The notes under the pieces: generated by a model | Seen by the model: only the letters and a program-made list of their open reading frames with translations | Told to the model about the DNA's origin: nothing | The model's database searches: none | Part shown: piece after piece, positions 18,715 through 30,674 of the stretch | Numbering within the stretch: position 1 is the stretch's first letter | Layout: each line of letters opens with the position of its first letter | DNA from: Candidatus Uhrbacteria bacterium RIFCSPHIGHO2_02_FULL_46_47 | Lineage (GTDB): Bacteria; Patescibacteriota; Patescibacteriia; GWA2-47-26 | Assembly (NCBI GenBank): GCA_001790815.1 | Contig: MGDU01000020.1 | Span: forward strand, 14,277 to 78,276 | DNA length: 64,000 bases | Direction: 5' to 3' | Position numbers and translations under genes: made by a program

Positions 18715-19806
18715 CTATATTTTGATAATTGCCACACGATCCAATCTTGCCAGATCTTTTACTATTTTTACGCTGGCGCGCGGGAAAAATGTCCGCGCTA
18801 AAATTTTTATGTCGTCGGATTGATGAGGGTCAATTTCGCAAATTACAGACACTCGTAACTCCCCCTCACCCCCTCTTACCCTAAGAGGGGGAATGCCTTT
18901 TGACCCATCTCCTCCCCTTAAGATAAGGGGAGGTTGGGAGGGGTTATGTATTTTTTTCAATTGTTCAAACAATTTTCTATAATAATCCAACCCGGTTTTC
19001 CCTCCATCCAACGCGCCCCTAGGCTCAAAATTGCGCACTTCTGGCATAGCGCCCCGCCATTCACGGGTGGGCAGATACGGAAGATTGGCAGTGATTAGGA
19101 GATGAGTAGGTAGTATGTAGTATGTAGGAGGTAGAAATGGTTTGAGTAGGTTGCCATGGAAAAATTTAATTTTCTCTTCCACACCGTGCTGCTTGGCATT
19201 TTGTTTGGCCACGCGCAATGCCGCACGCGAGATATCAGTGGCAAAAAATGTAATCGCGTCTCCTCGTGGCCAGGCCACGGGTCGCGCCTGCGGCAGTGAC
19301 CTGGCCACTTCCACCGCGATTGCCACCACAATCGCCCCACTGCCAGTTCCAATATCAACAACCGTGTAACGTGTAGCGCGTAACTTGTAACGTGTCATTT
19401 CCTTGAGTGCCTCATCTACCAATATTTCCGTTTCCGGCCGCGGGATAAGCACATTTCTGTTCACTAAAAAATCCAATCCGTAAAATTCTTTGTGCCCGAT
19501 AATATACGCCACCGGCTCATGATTTATCCGTCGCGTGATAAATTGTTTAAAAATTTTGAGCTGCGCAGAGGTCAGTTTTTGCTCCGGATAGCCGTACAGC
19601 CATGCACGCCCCCTCACCTCATTCCTCTCCCTCAGGGAGAGGATGTCCAGTAGGACAGGTGAGGGTGAAACGGCATGCGTCAAAAGCACCTCCGCATCAA
19701 GCGCGGGTGAATCCGTCACTGAGTGATGGGCACCCTTATCACTCAGTGACGACCCGGTTTTTTTCAATTGCGCTATCCCCCACTTTAGCGCTTCGGCAAT
19801 TATCAT
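18715..19806 (-). CDS. prmC: Release-factor glutamine N5-methyltransferase PrmC/HemK
   Basis: VDIGTGSGAIVVAIA (SAM motif I) and the NLPYLP (NPPY) motif. Two in-frame repeat insertions (19611-19674 and 19093-19135). The 3' end reads through family-C elements at 18841-18950, so the native stop is probably near 18960. Confidence 0.8.
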   Translation of the reverse strand: MIIAEALKWGIAQLKKTGSSLSDKGAHHSVTDSPALDAEVLLTHAVSPSPVLLDILSLRERNEVRGRAWLYGYPEQKLTSAQLKIFKQFITRRINHEPVAYIIGHKEFYGLDFLVNRNVLIPRPETEILVDEALKEMTRYKLRATRYTVVDIGTGSGAIVVAIAVEVARSLPQARPVAWPRGDAITFFATDISRAALRVAKQNAKQHGVEEKIKFFHGNLLKPFLPPTYYILPTHLLITANLPYLPTREWRGAMPEVRNFEPRGALDGGKTGLDYYRKLFEQLKKIHNPSQPPLILRGGDGSKGIPPLRVRGGEGELRVSVICEIDPHQSDDIKILARTFFPRASVKIVKDLARLDRVAIIKI

Positions 19807-19812
19807 ATATCT

Positions 19813-21009
19813 CTAATATGACACATTGTATCCGGTTGGCACAATTTCAATCCAAGTTGTGCCGCCGTTAAATTCTATTTCATTGCCTTGCGCGTCATAA
19901 AAGCGCATACGCTCCCGCGCACTTGGCTTTTTCCAAGTGCCAACTGACACGCGCCCGTCTTGGAATACCAATCCTTTGCCTTCGCCAATTGTAGTAAATT
20001 GTTTGCGCCCCAGATCGTCCAGCACTTTCATCTCTTCAAACGCCACCGCGATATTTTTTGTCACAATTTCCCGACCTTGCGCGTCTTTGTGTACCCCACC
20101 CCATTGCATGCGCGTGTATGAATTTCGCGCCTTGTCATAAAGCCACTCCACATTGTATGGCGCGGCATATCCTATCTTAATATCACTTACATTACCGCGT
20201 ACATCCGGCGAGGCATCGCCTTTGAATTTCCATGGATCAATATTTGGAAGCTCAGCTTCCGCAGCTGCGGAAGCTGAGCTTCCAAATATATCATCATATG
20301 CTTTTCTCAAAAGTTCAGAAGAAGTTAATACATTATGCGGCGCAGGACGGCTGGTCACGCGCCGAAAATACTCGCTCTTGTACCATTGATCAAGATCGTG
20401 CACGCCTTCTACTCCCTGTTTTCGAAGCATATCGTATGCCACAGGGCTTGAACCCACATGACCATAAAGCGTATCAAACTCGGAAGCCCAGTCCAGATAA
20501 TATGGTCGTGCTGAGCGTACTGGCCCGATTTCAATGTCCCCCCCTCCCCTAGCCCCTCCCACGGGTGGGGGGGGATTTCCATCTACTTCCTCCACCTTGA
20601 TGGGGGAGGATTGAGGTGGGGGTGGGGGCAATACAAAATATGCTAAAAATCGTGTAATGTTTGCTTCCGTCAGTGCTTCAAAAACAAGATTTGCGTCTGC
20701 AAGACCGGAAATCGGTTGTGCCTCAACCATATTCTCAACCATCACTCCTGCAAACGGCGATTTTTCCTTTCCTGGCTCAACCAGCACTCCGTCAAGCCCT
20801 CTACGCACGGCTGCAACCTCTGCCACTTTTGCCACTTCTGTCACCTTCGGCTTGCGCCAGGGAGCTAATTTCAACATCACCACAAGTACTAAAAAAACAA
20901 GAACCGCAACAAGTACGGTTTCTTTTCGCGCATGATGAAATTTTTTTTTGTTTTTCATTTCTTTATTTTTCTCGTAAAAAGGAGGCGCGGATGCGCGGCG
21001 TTCCCGCAC
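19813..21009 (-). CDS. DUF3048 (YerB-like) domain protein, membrane-anchored
   Basis: N-terminal TM, ...ANITRFLAYF...IGPVRSARPYYLDWA... Contains the in-frame element 20541-20630 and a 48-nt perfect palindrome at 20241-20288. Confidence 0.55.
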   Translation of the reverse strand: MRERRASAPPFYEKNKEMKNKKKFHHARKETVLVAVLVFLVLVVMLKLAPWRKPKVTEVAKVAEVAAVRRGLDGVLVEPGKEKSPFAGVMVENMVEAQPISGLADANLVFEALTEANITRFLAYFVLPPPPPQSSPIKVEEVDGNPPPPVGGARGGGDIEIGPVRSARPYYLDWASEFDTLYGHVGSSPVAYDMLRKQGVEGVHDLDQWYKSEYFRRVTSRPAPHNVLTSSELLRKAYDDIFGSSASAAAEAELPNIDPWKFKGDASPDVRGNVSDIKIGYAAPYNVEWLYDKARNSYTRMQWGGVHKDAQGREIVTKNIAVAFEEMKVLDDLGRKQFTTIGEGKGLVFQDGRVSVGTWKKPSARERMRFYDAQGNEIEFNGGTTWIEIVPTGYNVSY

Positions 21010-21198
21010 GAGGACCCTCGCGCAGCCCCGCCATTGTATTGAGTTCTTTTAAGAGGGGCGCGTTGGCGGGGCGAGCGGGAGCGCAGCGGGGTAAGTTTGA
21101 TTTCACGCATACCGTGCGCTGACGCGTGTCCGAGAAGGGAATGCCGCACGGCTACGCCGACGCGAGTTTTCGTGCGGGCTGGCCGAGGCAGTCGAACA

Positions 21199-21885
21199 CT
21201 ATTTCTTTTCCTTCTCTTCCTCCTCCTTTTCTTTCGCCTTTTTCGCGCGCTCTTCCTCAGCCACTACTTTAATGCCTTCAATGGCTTCTTTTTCAGAGGC
21301 CGGCACCGCCACAACTTCTTCCTCCACGCGCGGCGCTTGCGCGAGAATAATCACCTCTTCCAGCTTGTTCAAAATCACAATGCCGGGCGGCGGCGTAATA
21401 TTTCCAACCGTAATGTTGTTTCCAAATTCTTTAAGCACGACAAGCGGCACTTCAATTTCGTGTACCAAATCCTGCGGCAAACATTGCACTTTCAATTCTT
21501 GCAAATTTTTTACCAAAACCGCGCCCAGTTCTTTGACTGCCGGAGCTTCGCCCGTAAACTTCAAAGGAATATCCGCGGTAAGCTTCTCAGTCATGGACAC
21601 CTTATAAAAATCAGCATGAATGGGTTTGAGTGTCAAGTAATGCTTCGCCACATCTTGAATAAGCACCTTGACCGGCGCTCCCTCGCCAACTTGAAGATCA
21701 ACAAGGGTTGACTCCCCGGCTTGTTTATATATTTTTTCAAAGATTTTGGCATCCATCTCCAGATTCTGCGATTCCACATTATGACCATAAAGCACAGCCG
21801 GAATTACTCCGCTTTTACGAAGGGTTTTGACTTGTTTACCAGCTTTTAAGCGAGGTTGTACCTGAAGCGTAATAGTTTGCTGCAT
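21199..21885 (-). CDS. rplY: 50S ribosomal protein L25 / general stress protein Ctc
   Basis: MQQTITLQVQPRLKAGKQVKTLRKSGVIPAVLYG... is the L25 signature. The track ORF extends 107 aa further upstream in-frame, overlapping the next gene, so the start was set at the MQQ codon. The acidic/Lys-rich C-terminal tail is typical of the Ctc form. Confidence 0.85.
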   Translation of the reverse strand: MQQTITLQVQPRLKAGKQVKTLRKSGVIPAVLYGHNVESQNLEMDAKIFEKIYKQAGESTLVDLQVGEGAPVKVLIQDVAKHYLTLKPIHADFYKVSMTEKLTADIPLKFTGEAPAVKELGAVLVKNLQELKVQCLPQDLVHEIEVPLVVLKEFGNNITVGNITPPPGIVILNKLEEVIILAQAPRVEEEVVAVPASEKEAIEGIKVVAEEERAKKAKEKEEEEKEKK

Positions 21886-21977
21886 ATATGACTGTGACCG
21901 TGCCTTATTGTGAACGATAGGATACCATATGCCTTTATATCGTGTCAATAATAATCCATTGGTGTAAAAGGAACCCA

Positions 21978-23063
21978 TCACACCCGCGCGCGAATTGATT
22001 GCACAATGCCAAGCAATAAAAAATTGGAAAGCATGGCTGAACCGCCTAAAGATACAAATGGCAAAGGCAAGCCCACAATTGGCAAAAGACCAACATTCAT
22101 TCCAATATTCAAAATCATTTGCATGGCCACCAAAATGGCAAATCCAGCGATGCAAAAAAGCGCGAATCCGTCGGTTGTTTTCCTGGAAAGAATCAAAAGC
22201 CGCCACATCATGACTGCGTAGCAGGCCAAAATCAACACCACAATAAAAAATCCCAATTGCTCGGCAAGCACGGCAAAAATAAAATCTGTTTGCGCTTCTG
22301 GCAAAAATCTAAGCTGTGATTGCGATCCCTCCCCCAGTCCGCGTCCCAAAATCCCGCCAGCGCCAACTGCAATTACGGATTGGCGGATATTGTAGCCGCG
22401 ACCGAATGGATCTGAAGCGGGATTAACAAAGCTTGAAACGCGCGCTTTTTGATAATCGTGCAGGAAAAAATTCCACCCAAGCACCAAAGTGACGGCCAGA
22501 AGCATTAATCCAAAAAAAACATAACGGCGCGGCACATTTGTTAAAAGCAGCATCCCGAGCGTTATGCCAAAAAGCGTAAGCGCTGATCCAAAATCCGGCT
22601 GCAAAAGCGTAGGCGCCACATACAATCCCGAAATAATTCCGAGATTTAATATAACCTTAAAATCAATTATGTGCGCTTTGAGCGACAGATATTTTGCCAG
22701 CACAACAATCAAAATTACTTTTGCAAGCTCAACCGGCTGAACGGTAAATGTACCGATTTGAAACCATCCGCGCGTGCCGCGAATAGTGGTTCCAAAAATT
22801 ACCACCGCCAGCAAAATTAGCGCTCCCGCAACATACAAAGTCTTCGAAAGTGAACGAAAGGCGCGATAATCAAAGTAACTTATAAAAAGCACCAGGACAA
22901 TTCCGCCTCCTACAAATGCAATCTGTTTTTGAAAATTGGCAAGCGTCCCGGGTGCTTGCGCCAAATCAACGCTCCAAATTCCAAGAATGCCAAGACCTGA
23001 AAGTATGAGCGTGCACAAAAAAAGGATCCAATCGATCCTCCTAAATATCATCATTAACCGCAT
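21978..23063 (-). CDS. FtsW/RodA/SpoVE (SEDS) family peptidoglycan glycosyltransferase
   Basis: ~10 TM helices and the conserved ...SDPFGRGYNIRQSVIAVGAGGILGRGLGEGSQ...LPEAQTDFIFAVLAEQLGF block. Confidence 0.88.
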   Translation of the reverse strand: MRLMMIFRRIDWILFLCTLILSGLGILGIWSVDLAQAPGTLANFQKQIAFVGGGIVLVLFISYFDYRAFRSLSKTLYVAGALILLAVVIFGTTIRGTRGWFQIGTFTVQPVELAKVILIVVLAKYLSLKAHIIDFKVILNLGIISGLYVAPTLLQPDFGSALTLFGITLGMLLLTNVPRRYVFFGLMLLAVTLVLGWNFFLHDYQKARVSSFVNPASDPFGRGYNIRQSVIAVGAGGILGRGLGEGSQSQLRFLPEAQTDFIFAVLAEQLGFFIVVLILACYAVMMWRLLILSRKTTDGFALFCIAGFAILVAMQMILNIGMNVGLLPIVGLPLPFVSLGGSAMLSNFLLLGIVQSIRARV

Positions 23064-23163
23064 AGCTGTGATGCAAATCTACAAATCTTATGCACATTTA
23101 CGAATTGCGAATAAATTCATTTGTATTTGTAGATTGGCATGAAATTCGTATATTGGCATCATA

Positions 23164-26094
<2,931 letters not shown>

Positions 26095-26097
26095 TTT

Positions 26098-26246
26098 CGT
26101 AACTCCCCCAACCCCCTCTTACCCTAAGAGGGGGTTTTTGTTTGTGCTCCACCCCTTAGGATAAGGCCCGCTTCGCCCGCAAAGCGAGGCGAGGGAGGTA
26201 GGAGGGGTTACGAAATTTGATGTAGCCGCAGGTCTTTAGCCTGCGC
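26098..26246. repeat. Composite of repeat families C and D immediately after the gyrB stop (GTAACTCCCCC...CCCTAAGAGGGGG, ...CCTTAGGATAAGG...GGAGGGGTTACG, then GTAGCCGCAGGTCTTTAGCCTGCGC)
   Basis: Subunits recur at 18841-18950, 11876-11946, 52259-52300, 41722-41746 and 61060-61111. Confidence 0.8.
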
Positions 26247-26327
26247 AAAATTACAACACACAATGCGCGGGGGCTTGCCTGCCCCGCACCGAGCTTTGCT
26301 CTGGTGCGTTGGGTCCCCCGTTAAAAA

Positions 26328-26365
26328 TTATGTCAACTGTGAGCGATCGTTTATATTTGACATAA
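26328..26365. promoter_or_regulatory. Conserved 38-nt palindromic motif TTATGTCAA-N20-TTGACATAA (copy 1 of 4)
   Basis: Identical core at 53858-53895 and 63147-63184, and a diverged copy at 41245-41288. All copies lie next to GC-rich islands. Confidence 0.6.
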
Positions 26366-26366
26366 T

Positions 26367-26882
26367 TTATTTTCCGTGTCGTAATACATATAAGGCCACA
26401 CCGGCGGCGACGGAAACATTGAGAGATTCTTTTTGGCCAAGCATGGGGATTTCAACTACAGCATCTACGCGTTTGAGCACGCCGTCTGATACGCCATTGA
26501 CTTCATTGCCAACCACAAGAGCAAGTGGAAATTTGGGATGCCAACTATCAATTGTAGCCGCAGGCTTTAGCCTGCGTTCTTGTCTTGGTGCGCCGGCTAA
26601 AGACCGGCGACTACGATCGAGCATATTATTTTCCAATGCCACCACATATATGCCTTGCGCTTTTAACTCTTCCACAACTTTCCAAGTCTGTCCCCTTTTT
26701 TCCCATGGCACTGTTTTTTCCGCACCTAACGCAACTTTACTAATTTCTTTTCGCGGCGGCGCTCCTGTATAGCCGCAAAGATAGATTTTTTTTACGCCAA
26801 ACGCGTCCGCAGTACGAAAAAGTGACCCAACATTATAAAGACTGCGAACACGATCTACAATAAGATATACTTCCCTGTGCAT
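26367..26882 (-). CDS. SpoU/TrmH-family RNA 2'-O-methyltransferase
   Basis: ...LIVDRVRSLYNVGSLFRTADAFGVKKIYLCGYTG... is the SPOUT fold. It contains an in-frame family-D hairpin pair (26554-26614). Confidence 0.8.
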   Translation of the reverse strand: MHREVYLIVDRVRSLYNVGSLFRTADAFGVKKIYLCGYTGAPPRKEISKVALGAEKTVPWEKRGQTWKVVEELKAQGIYVVALENNMLDRSRRSLAGAPRQERRLKPAATIDSWHPKFPLALVVGNEVNGVSDGVLKRVDAVVEIPMLGQKESLNVSVAAGVALYVLRHGK

Positions 26883-27051
26883 AGTACCCTAGCTTGACAC
26901 AAAAGTGACTATATTGTAAAGTAATTAACTGGCCCTGGGACGGGGCTTTTTTAGGACAACACGATGCCAATATACGAATTTCATGCCAATCTACAAATAC
27001 GAATTCGCAATTCGTAGATTAGCATAAGATTTGTAGATTTGCATCACAATT

Positions 27052-27237
27052 ATGCCGAAATTGCTGAATTACTTCAAAGAATCAAAGCAGGAAATGAAAA
27101 AAGTGGTCTGGCCTTCCAAAAAGGAAACCACCAATTATACCTTGGCCGTTATCTTTATCAGCTTGGGTCTGGCCGCGTTTTTCGCCATTGTGGATTACTT
27201 CCTCAATCTTGGTTTGGAAAAACTTATTAATAAGTAG
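27052..27237 (+). CDS. secE: Preprotein translocase subunit SecE
   Basis: 61 aa with a single C-terminal TM. It lies directly upstream of nusG, the conserved secE-nusG-rplKA order. Confidence 0.8.
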   Translation: MPKLLNYFKESKQEMKKVVWPSKKETTNYTLAVIFISLGLAAFFAIVDYFLNLGLEKLINK

Positions 27238-27338
27238 CAATGCGGATGATACGGATGACCATGCGGATCTACAGATGATACGAACGAATTATCCGCAGAT
27301 CCGAATGAATCCGTAGATCAGCATTACCAATCTGTAGT

Positions 27339-27884
27339 ATGCCTAAACAAACCTTAGAACTCGGACGGCGCTGGTACGCGCTTCATACTTATTCCGGATA
27401 CGAAGAGAACGTCACCCACAATTTGAAACAACGCATTGAATCCATGGGCATGGAGGATAAAATTTTCAATGTACTGGTTCCGACTGAAAAAAAAATAAAA
27501 ATCAAAAGCGGCAAGCGCAAAATTATTGAGGAAAAAATATTTCCCGGCTATGTCTTGGTGGAAATGGTGGTAACTGACGATTCTTGGTATGTGGTTCGCA
27601 ATACGCCAAATGTGACCGGTTTCGTGGGATCTGGAACCACTCCTACCCCCATTGCCGATGAGGAAGTTAAGTCGCTCATGAAGCGCATGCAAATTGAAGA
27701 GCCAAAGTACACTATTGACGTAACAGTCGGTTCTCCTGTACAAATAACCGACGGTCCGTTCAAAAACTTTGAAGGCAAGGTATCGGCAGTAGATGAAGCC
27801 CGCGGCAAAATTAAAGTTATGGTAACCATGTTCGGCCGCGAAACTCCGGTTGAATTAGACTTCTTACAGATTAAAAAGATATAA
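27339..27884 (+). CDS. nusG: Transcription termination/antitermination factor NusG
   Basis: ...[14 protein letters not shown]... is the NGN domain, with a C-terminal KOW domain (...[20 protein letters not shown]). Confidence 0.92.
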   Translation: MPKQTLELGRRWYALHTYSGYEENVTHNLKQRIESMGMEDKIFNVLVPTEKKIKIKSGKRKIIEEKIFPGYVLVEMVVTDDSWYVVRNTPNVTGFVGSGTTPTPIADEEVKSLMKRMQIEEPKYTIDVTVGSPVQITDGPFKNFEGKVSAVDEARGKIKVMVTMFGRETPVELDFLQIKKI

Positions 27885-27978
27885 GCCCGCTGATCGGAAG
27901 ACACTGATAACGCTGATAGTAAAGCGTAGTCAGTGTAATCAAGATCAGCGATATCAGCGACTAAATAATCAGCGGACT

Positions 27979-28401
27979 ATGGCAAAGAAAGTAAAGACAG
28001 TCATTAAACTCCAAATTCCCGCAGGCAAGGCAAACCCCGCGCCTCCGGTTGGTCCAGCACTTGGTCAACATGGTCTTAACATTTCCGAGTTTTGCCAAAA
28101 ATTCAACGCCGCGACATCAAAGCTGGGCGATGATATTATTCCGGTTGAAATTACGGTTTTTGAAGACCGCACCTATACTTTCAAAACCAAAACTCCACCG
28201 GCATCTGAACTTTTGAAAAAAGCCGCCGGCATTACAAAAGGTTCTGGCAAGGCGCTTGTTGAAAAAGTCGGCAAAGTAACACGCGCGCAAATTCGCGAGA
28301 TTGCGGAGCGTAAACTTCCGGACTTAAATACTAAAGATGTTGAAGCCGCGATGCGCACCATTGAAGGCACCGCGAAACAGATGGGACTGGAAGTAGTATG
28401 A
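27979..28401 (+). CDS. rplK: 50S ribosomal protein L11
   Basis: [35 protein letters not shown]... is the L11 signature. Confidence 0.95.
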   Translation: MAKKVKTVIKLQIPAGKANPAPPVGPALGQHGLNISEFCQKFNAATSKLGDDIIPVEITVFEDRTYTFKTKTPPASELLKKAAGITKGSGKALVEKVGKVTRAQIREIAERKLPDLNTKDVEAAMRTIEGTAKQMGLEVV

Positions 28402-28504
28402 TACGAATCACCGAATATCTGACGAATCTGCGAATATACGAATTCGTTGATTCGCATATTTGTTGATTCGCCTAAAATTTGTAGATTCGTATCACATATA
28501 TTAT

Positions 28505-29182
28505 ATGCCAGGAAAAAAATATCAGGAAGCAGTAAAGTTAGTGGATGCCAAAAAATTATATTCGCCGAGCGAGGCGCTTGAGCTTGCCAAAAAAACTTCA
28601 ACTGTAAAATTTGACGCCTCAATTGAGGTGCATTGCCATCTTGGAATTGATCCGGCAAAAAGCGACCAAGCTGTGCGCGCAACACTGACTTTTCCGCATG
28701 GAACCGGGAAAAGTAAGCGCATTGCCGCGTTTGTAGATGCGGCAAACGAAAAAGCAGCAGAAGAAGCCGGCGCGGATATTGTGGGAGGCGATCGGCTTAT
28801 CGATGAGATCGCGTCCTCTGGGAAAATTGATTTTGACGTGGCAATCGCAACACCGCCTATAATGGCGAAACTTGCAAAGGTTGCAAAAGTGCTTGGGCCT
28901 AAGGGACTGATGCCAAACCCAAAATCAGAAACCGTTACTACAGATGTGAAAAAAACTATTGCGGAGCTTAAACGCGGCAAAGTAACTTTCAAAAATGACG
29001 ATACTGGAAATGTGCACCAAGTTCTTGGCAAAGTTTCTTTTGATACCCAAAAACTTCTTGAAAATTTCCAGACACTTCTGGAAGCTTTGCGAAAAGCAAA
29101 ACCATCTTCTTCAAAAGGAATATATCTTCAATCTTGCACAATAAGCGCATCCATGGGCCCGGCGATTAAAGTTTCCATTTAA
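28505..29182 (+). CDS. rplA: 50S ribosomal protein L1
   Basis: MPGKKYQEAVKLVD...GKSKRIAAF... The start was trimmed to the ATG at 28505, in frame with track ORF 28460. Confidence 0.92.
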   Translation: MPGKKYQEAVKLVDAKKLYSPSEALELAKKTSTVKFDASIEVHCHLGIDPAKSDQAVRATLTFPHGTGKSKRIAAFVDAANEKAAEEAGADIVGGDRLIDEIASSGKIDFDVAIATPPIMAKLAKVAKVLGPKGLMPNPKSETVTTDVKKTIAELKRGKVTFKNDDTGNVHQVLGKVSFDTQKLLENFQTLLEALRKAKPSSSKGIYLQSCTISASMGPAIKVSI

Positions 29183-29189
29183 ATTAAAC

Positions 29190-29666
29190 ATGGGAAAAAG
29201 GATGAATTATTTATCTTGGGATGAGGCGTTCATGCAAATTGCGCGCCTTATTGCCATGCGATCCAAAGACCCGAATACGCAAGCCGGAGCGGTTATTGTT
29301 GATGAAAATAATGTTATAGTCGGACTTGGCTATAATGGCTTTCCGCGCGGATGCTCGGATGACACGCTCCCGTGGGAAAGAACCGGCGACTTTTGCGACG
29401 CAAAATACGCTTATGTGGTTCATGCCGAAGCCAACGCGGTTTTCAACTCCAATAAACCAACTCGCGGGTGCAAAGCATATTGTACGCTTTTCCCCTGCAA
29501 CGAATGCGCGAAAATCATCATCCAAAACGGCATCACCGAGGTAATTTACGCGGAGGATAAATACCACGACGAAAAAATCTGGCAGGCCTCGCGGAAAATG
29601 CTTGAGATGGCCGGCATTAAATACACGCAATTTACGCCAAAATTCAAACTAAATCTGACCGTTTAA
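29190..29666 (+). CDS. dCMP deaminase (ComEB/cytidine-deoxycytidylate deaminase family)
   Basis: HAEANAV...CTLFPCNECAKIIIQ is the zinc-binding H(A)E...PCxxC motif. Confidence 0.88.
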   Translation: MGKRMNYLSWDEAFMQIARLIAMRSKDPNTQAGAVIVDENNVIVGLGYNGFPRGCSDDTLPWERTGDFCDAKYAYVVHAEANAVFNSNKPTRGCKAYCTLFPCNECAKIIIQNGITEVIYAEDKYHDEKIWQASRKMLEMAGIKYTQFTPKFKLNLTV

Positions 29667-29681
29667 GACATTTTTTACGCT

Positions 29682-30227
29682 ATGGTTATTGGCATTACCG
29701 GTACCACTGGCGCGGGCAAAGATACAATCGCGGATTATTTAAAAACTCTGGGTTTTGCGTATCATTCTCTTTCGGATATCATTCGCGATGAATGCGCCAA
29801 GAAAAACATTCCGCTTGACCGCGACAATCTCATCGCGATGGGTAATGAATTGCGAGGGAAACTCGGTCCGGGCGTATTGGGAAAACTCACTGCGGAAAAA
29901 ATACAAAACCTTGGCGAAACAAAAGCTATCGCGGTAAGCATACGAAATCCGGCAGAAGTCGCGGAACTTAAAAAAATGCCCGGCTTTTTTTTAATTTCCG
30001 TTGATGCGCCAATTGATATCCGCTATAACAGAATAAAAACTCGCGGACGAATTGAAGACTCCGTAACATTTGAAAAATTCAAGGCGCAGGAAGAGACTGA
30101 ACTGGCCGGTTCGGCAAATCAACAACAATTGAACAATGTAATGACTCTGGCGGATTTCCGGATAAAAAATGACGAGACATTTGAAAATCTTCACCGCCGC
30201 GTTGATGAAATTTTGAAAAAAACTTAA
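29682..30227 (+). CDS. P-loop nucleotide/nucleoside kinase (dephospho-CoA-kinase-like/dNMP kinase family)
   Basis: MVIGITGTTGAGKDT is a Walker A motif. The protein is small and sits between the dCMP deaminase and dut. Confidence 0.45.
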   Translation: MVIGITGTTGAGKDTIADYLKTLGFAYHSLSDIIRDECAKKNIPLDRDNLIAMGNELRGKLGPGVLGKLTAEKIQNLGETKAIAVSIRNPAEVAELKKMPGFFLISVDAPIDIRYNRIKTRGRIEDSVTFEKFKAQEETELAGSANQQQLNNVMTLADFRIKNDETFENLHRRVDEILKKT

Positions 30228-30232
30228 GGAAT

Positions 30233-30661
30233 ATGAGAGTGAAAATATTCCGCAAAGATCCGTCGGTTATTTTGCCCGCCTACCACACTTCGGGTTCAGT
30301 GGCGTTTGATTTGGCCGCAAACGAGGATATGGTTATTCCACCCCGCGAAATACGGCTAATTCCGACCGGACTGGTCATTTGTACTCCGGAAAATCACATG
30401 CTTCTTGTGGCCGCGCGCTCATCAACCCCGATGAAAAAAGGTTTAATGCTGGCAAACGGCATTGGCATAGTGGATCAGGATTTTTGCGGACCGGATGATG
30501 AAATCAAAATTCAAGTCTACAATTTCACCGACAAACCGGTGGAAGTTAAAAAAGGCGACCGCCTTGCCCAAGGACTATTTCTCCACCTTGAACGCGTGGA
30601 ATGGGAGGAGATTACTTCACTTCCTGAAAAATCTCGCGGAGGATTTGGAAGTACCGGATAG
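30233..30661 (+). CDS. dut: dUTP diphosphatase
   Basis: ...AYHTSGSVAFDL...GIGIVDQDFCG... are the dUTPase motifs. Confidence 0.9.
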   Translation: MRVKIFRKDPSVILPAYHTSGSVAFDLAANEDMVIPPREIRLIPTGLVICTPENHMLLVAARSSTPMKKGLMLANGIGIVDQDFCGPDDEIKIQVYNFTDKPVEVKKGDRLAQGLFLHLERVEWEEITSLPEKSRGGFGSTG

Positions 30662-30674
30662 AATAAAAAGAAAC

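Noticed and set aside
18388-18801. Alternative ORFs in the 18160-18720 GC-rich island (18366..18737 -, 18433..18693 -, 18388..18801 +)
   Set aside because: Overlapping composition-driven frames. Only 18228..18641 has a strong SD at the correct spacing.
21886-22206. N-terminal 107 aa of track ORF 21199..22206
   Set aside because: This is an in-frame read-through upstream of the true rplY start (MQQTITL at 21885). It overlaps the 3' end of the SEDS gene and has no L25 similarity.
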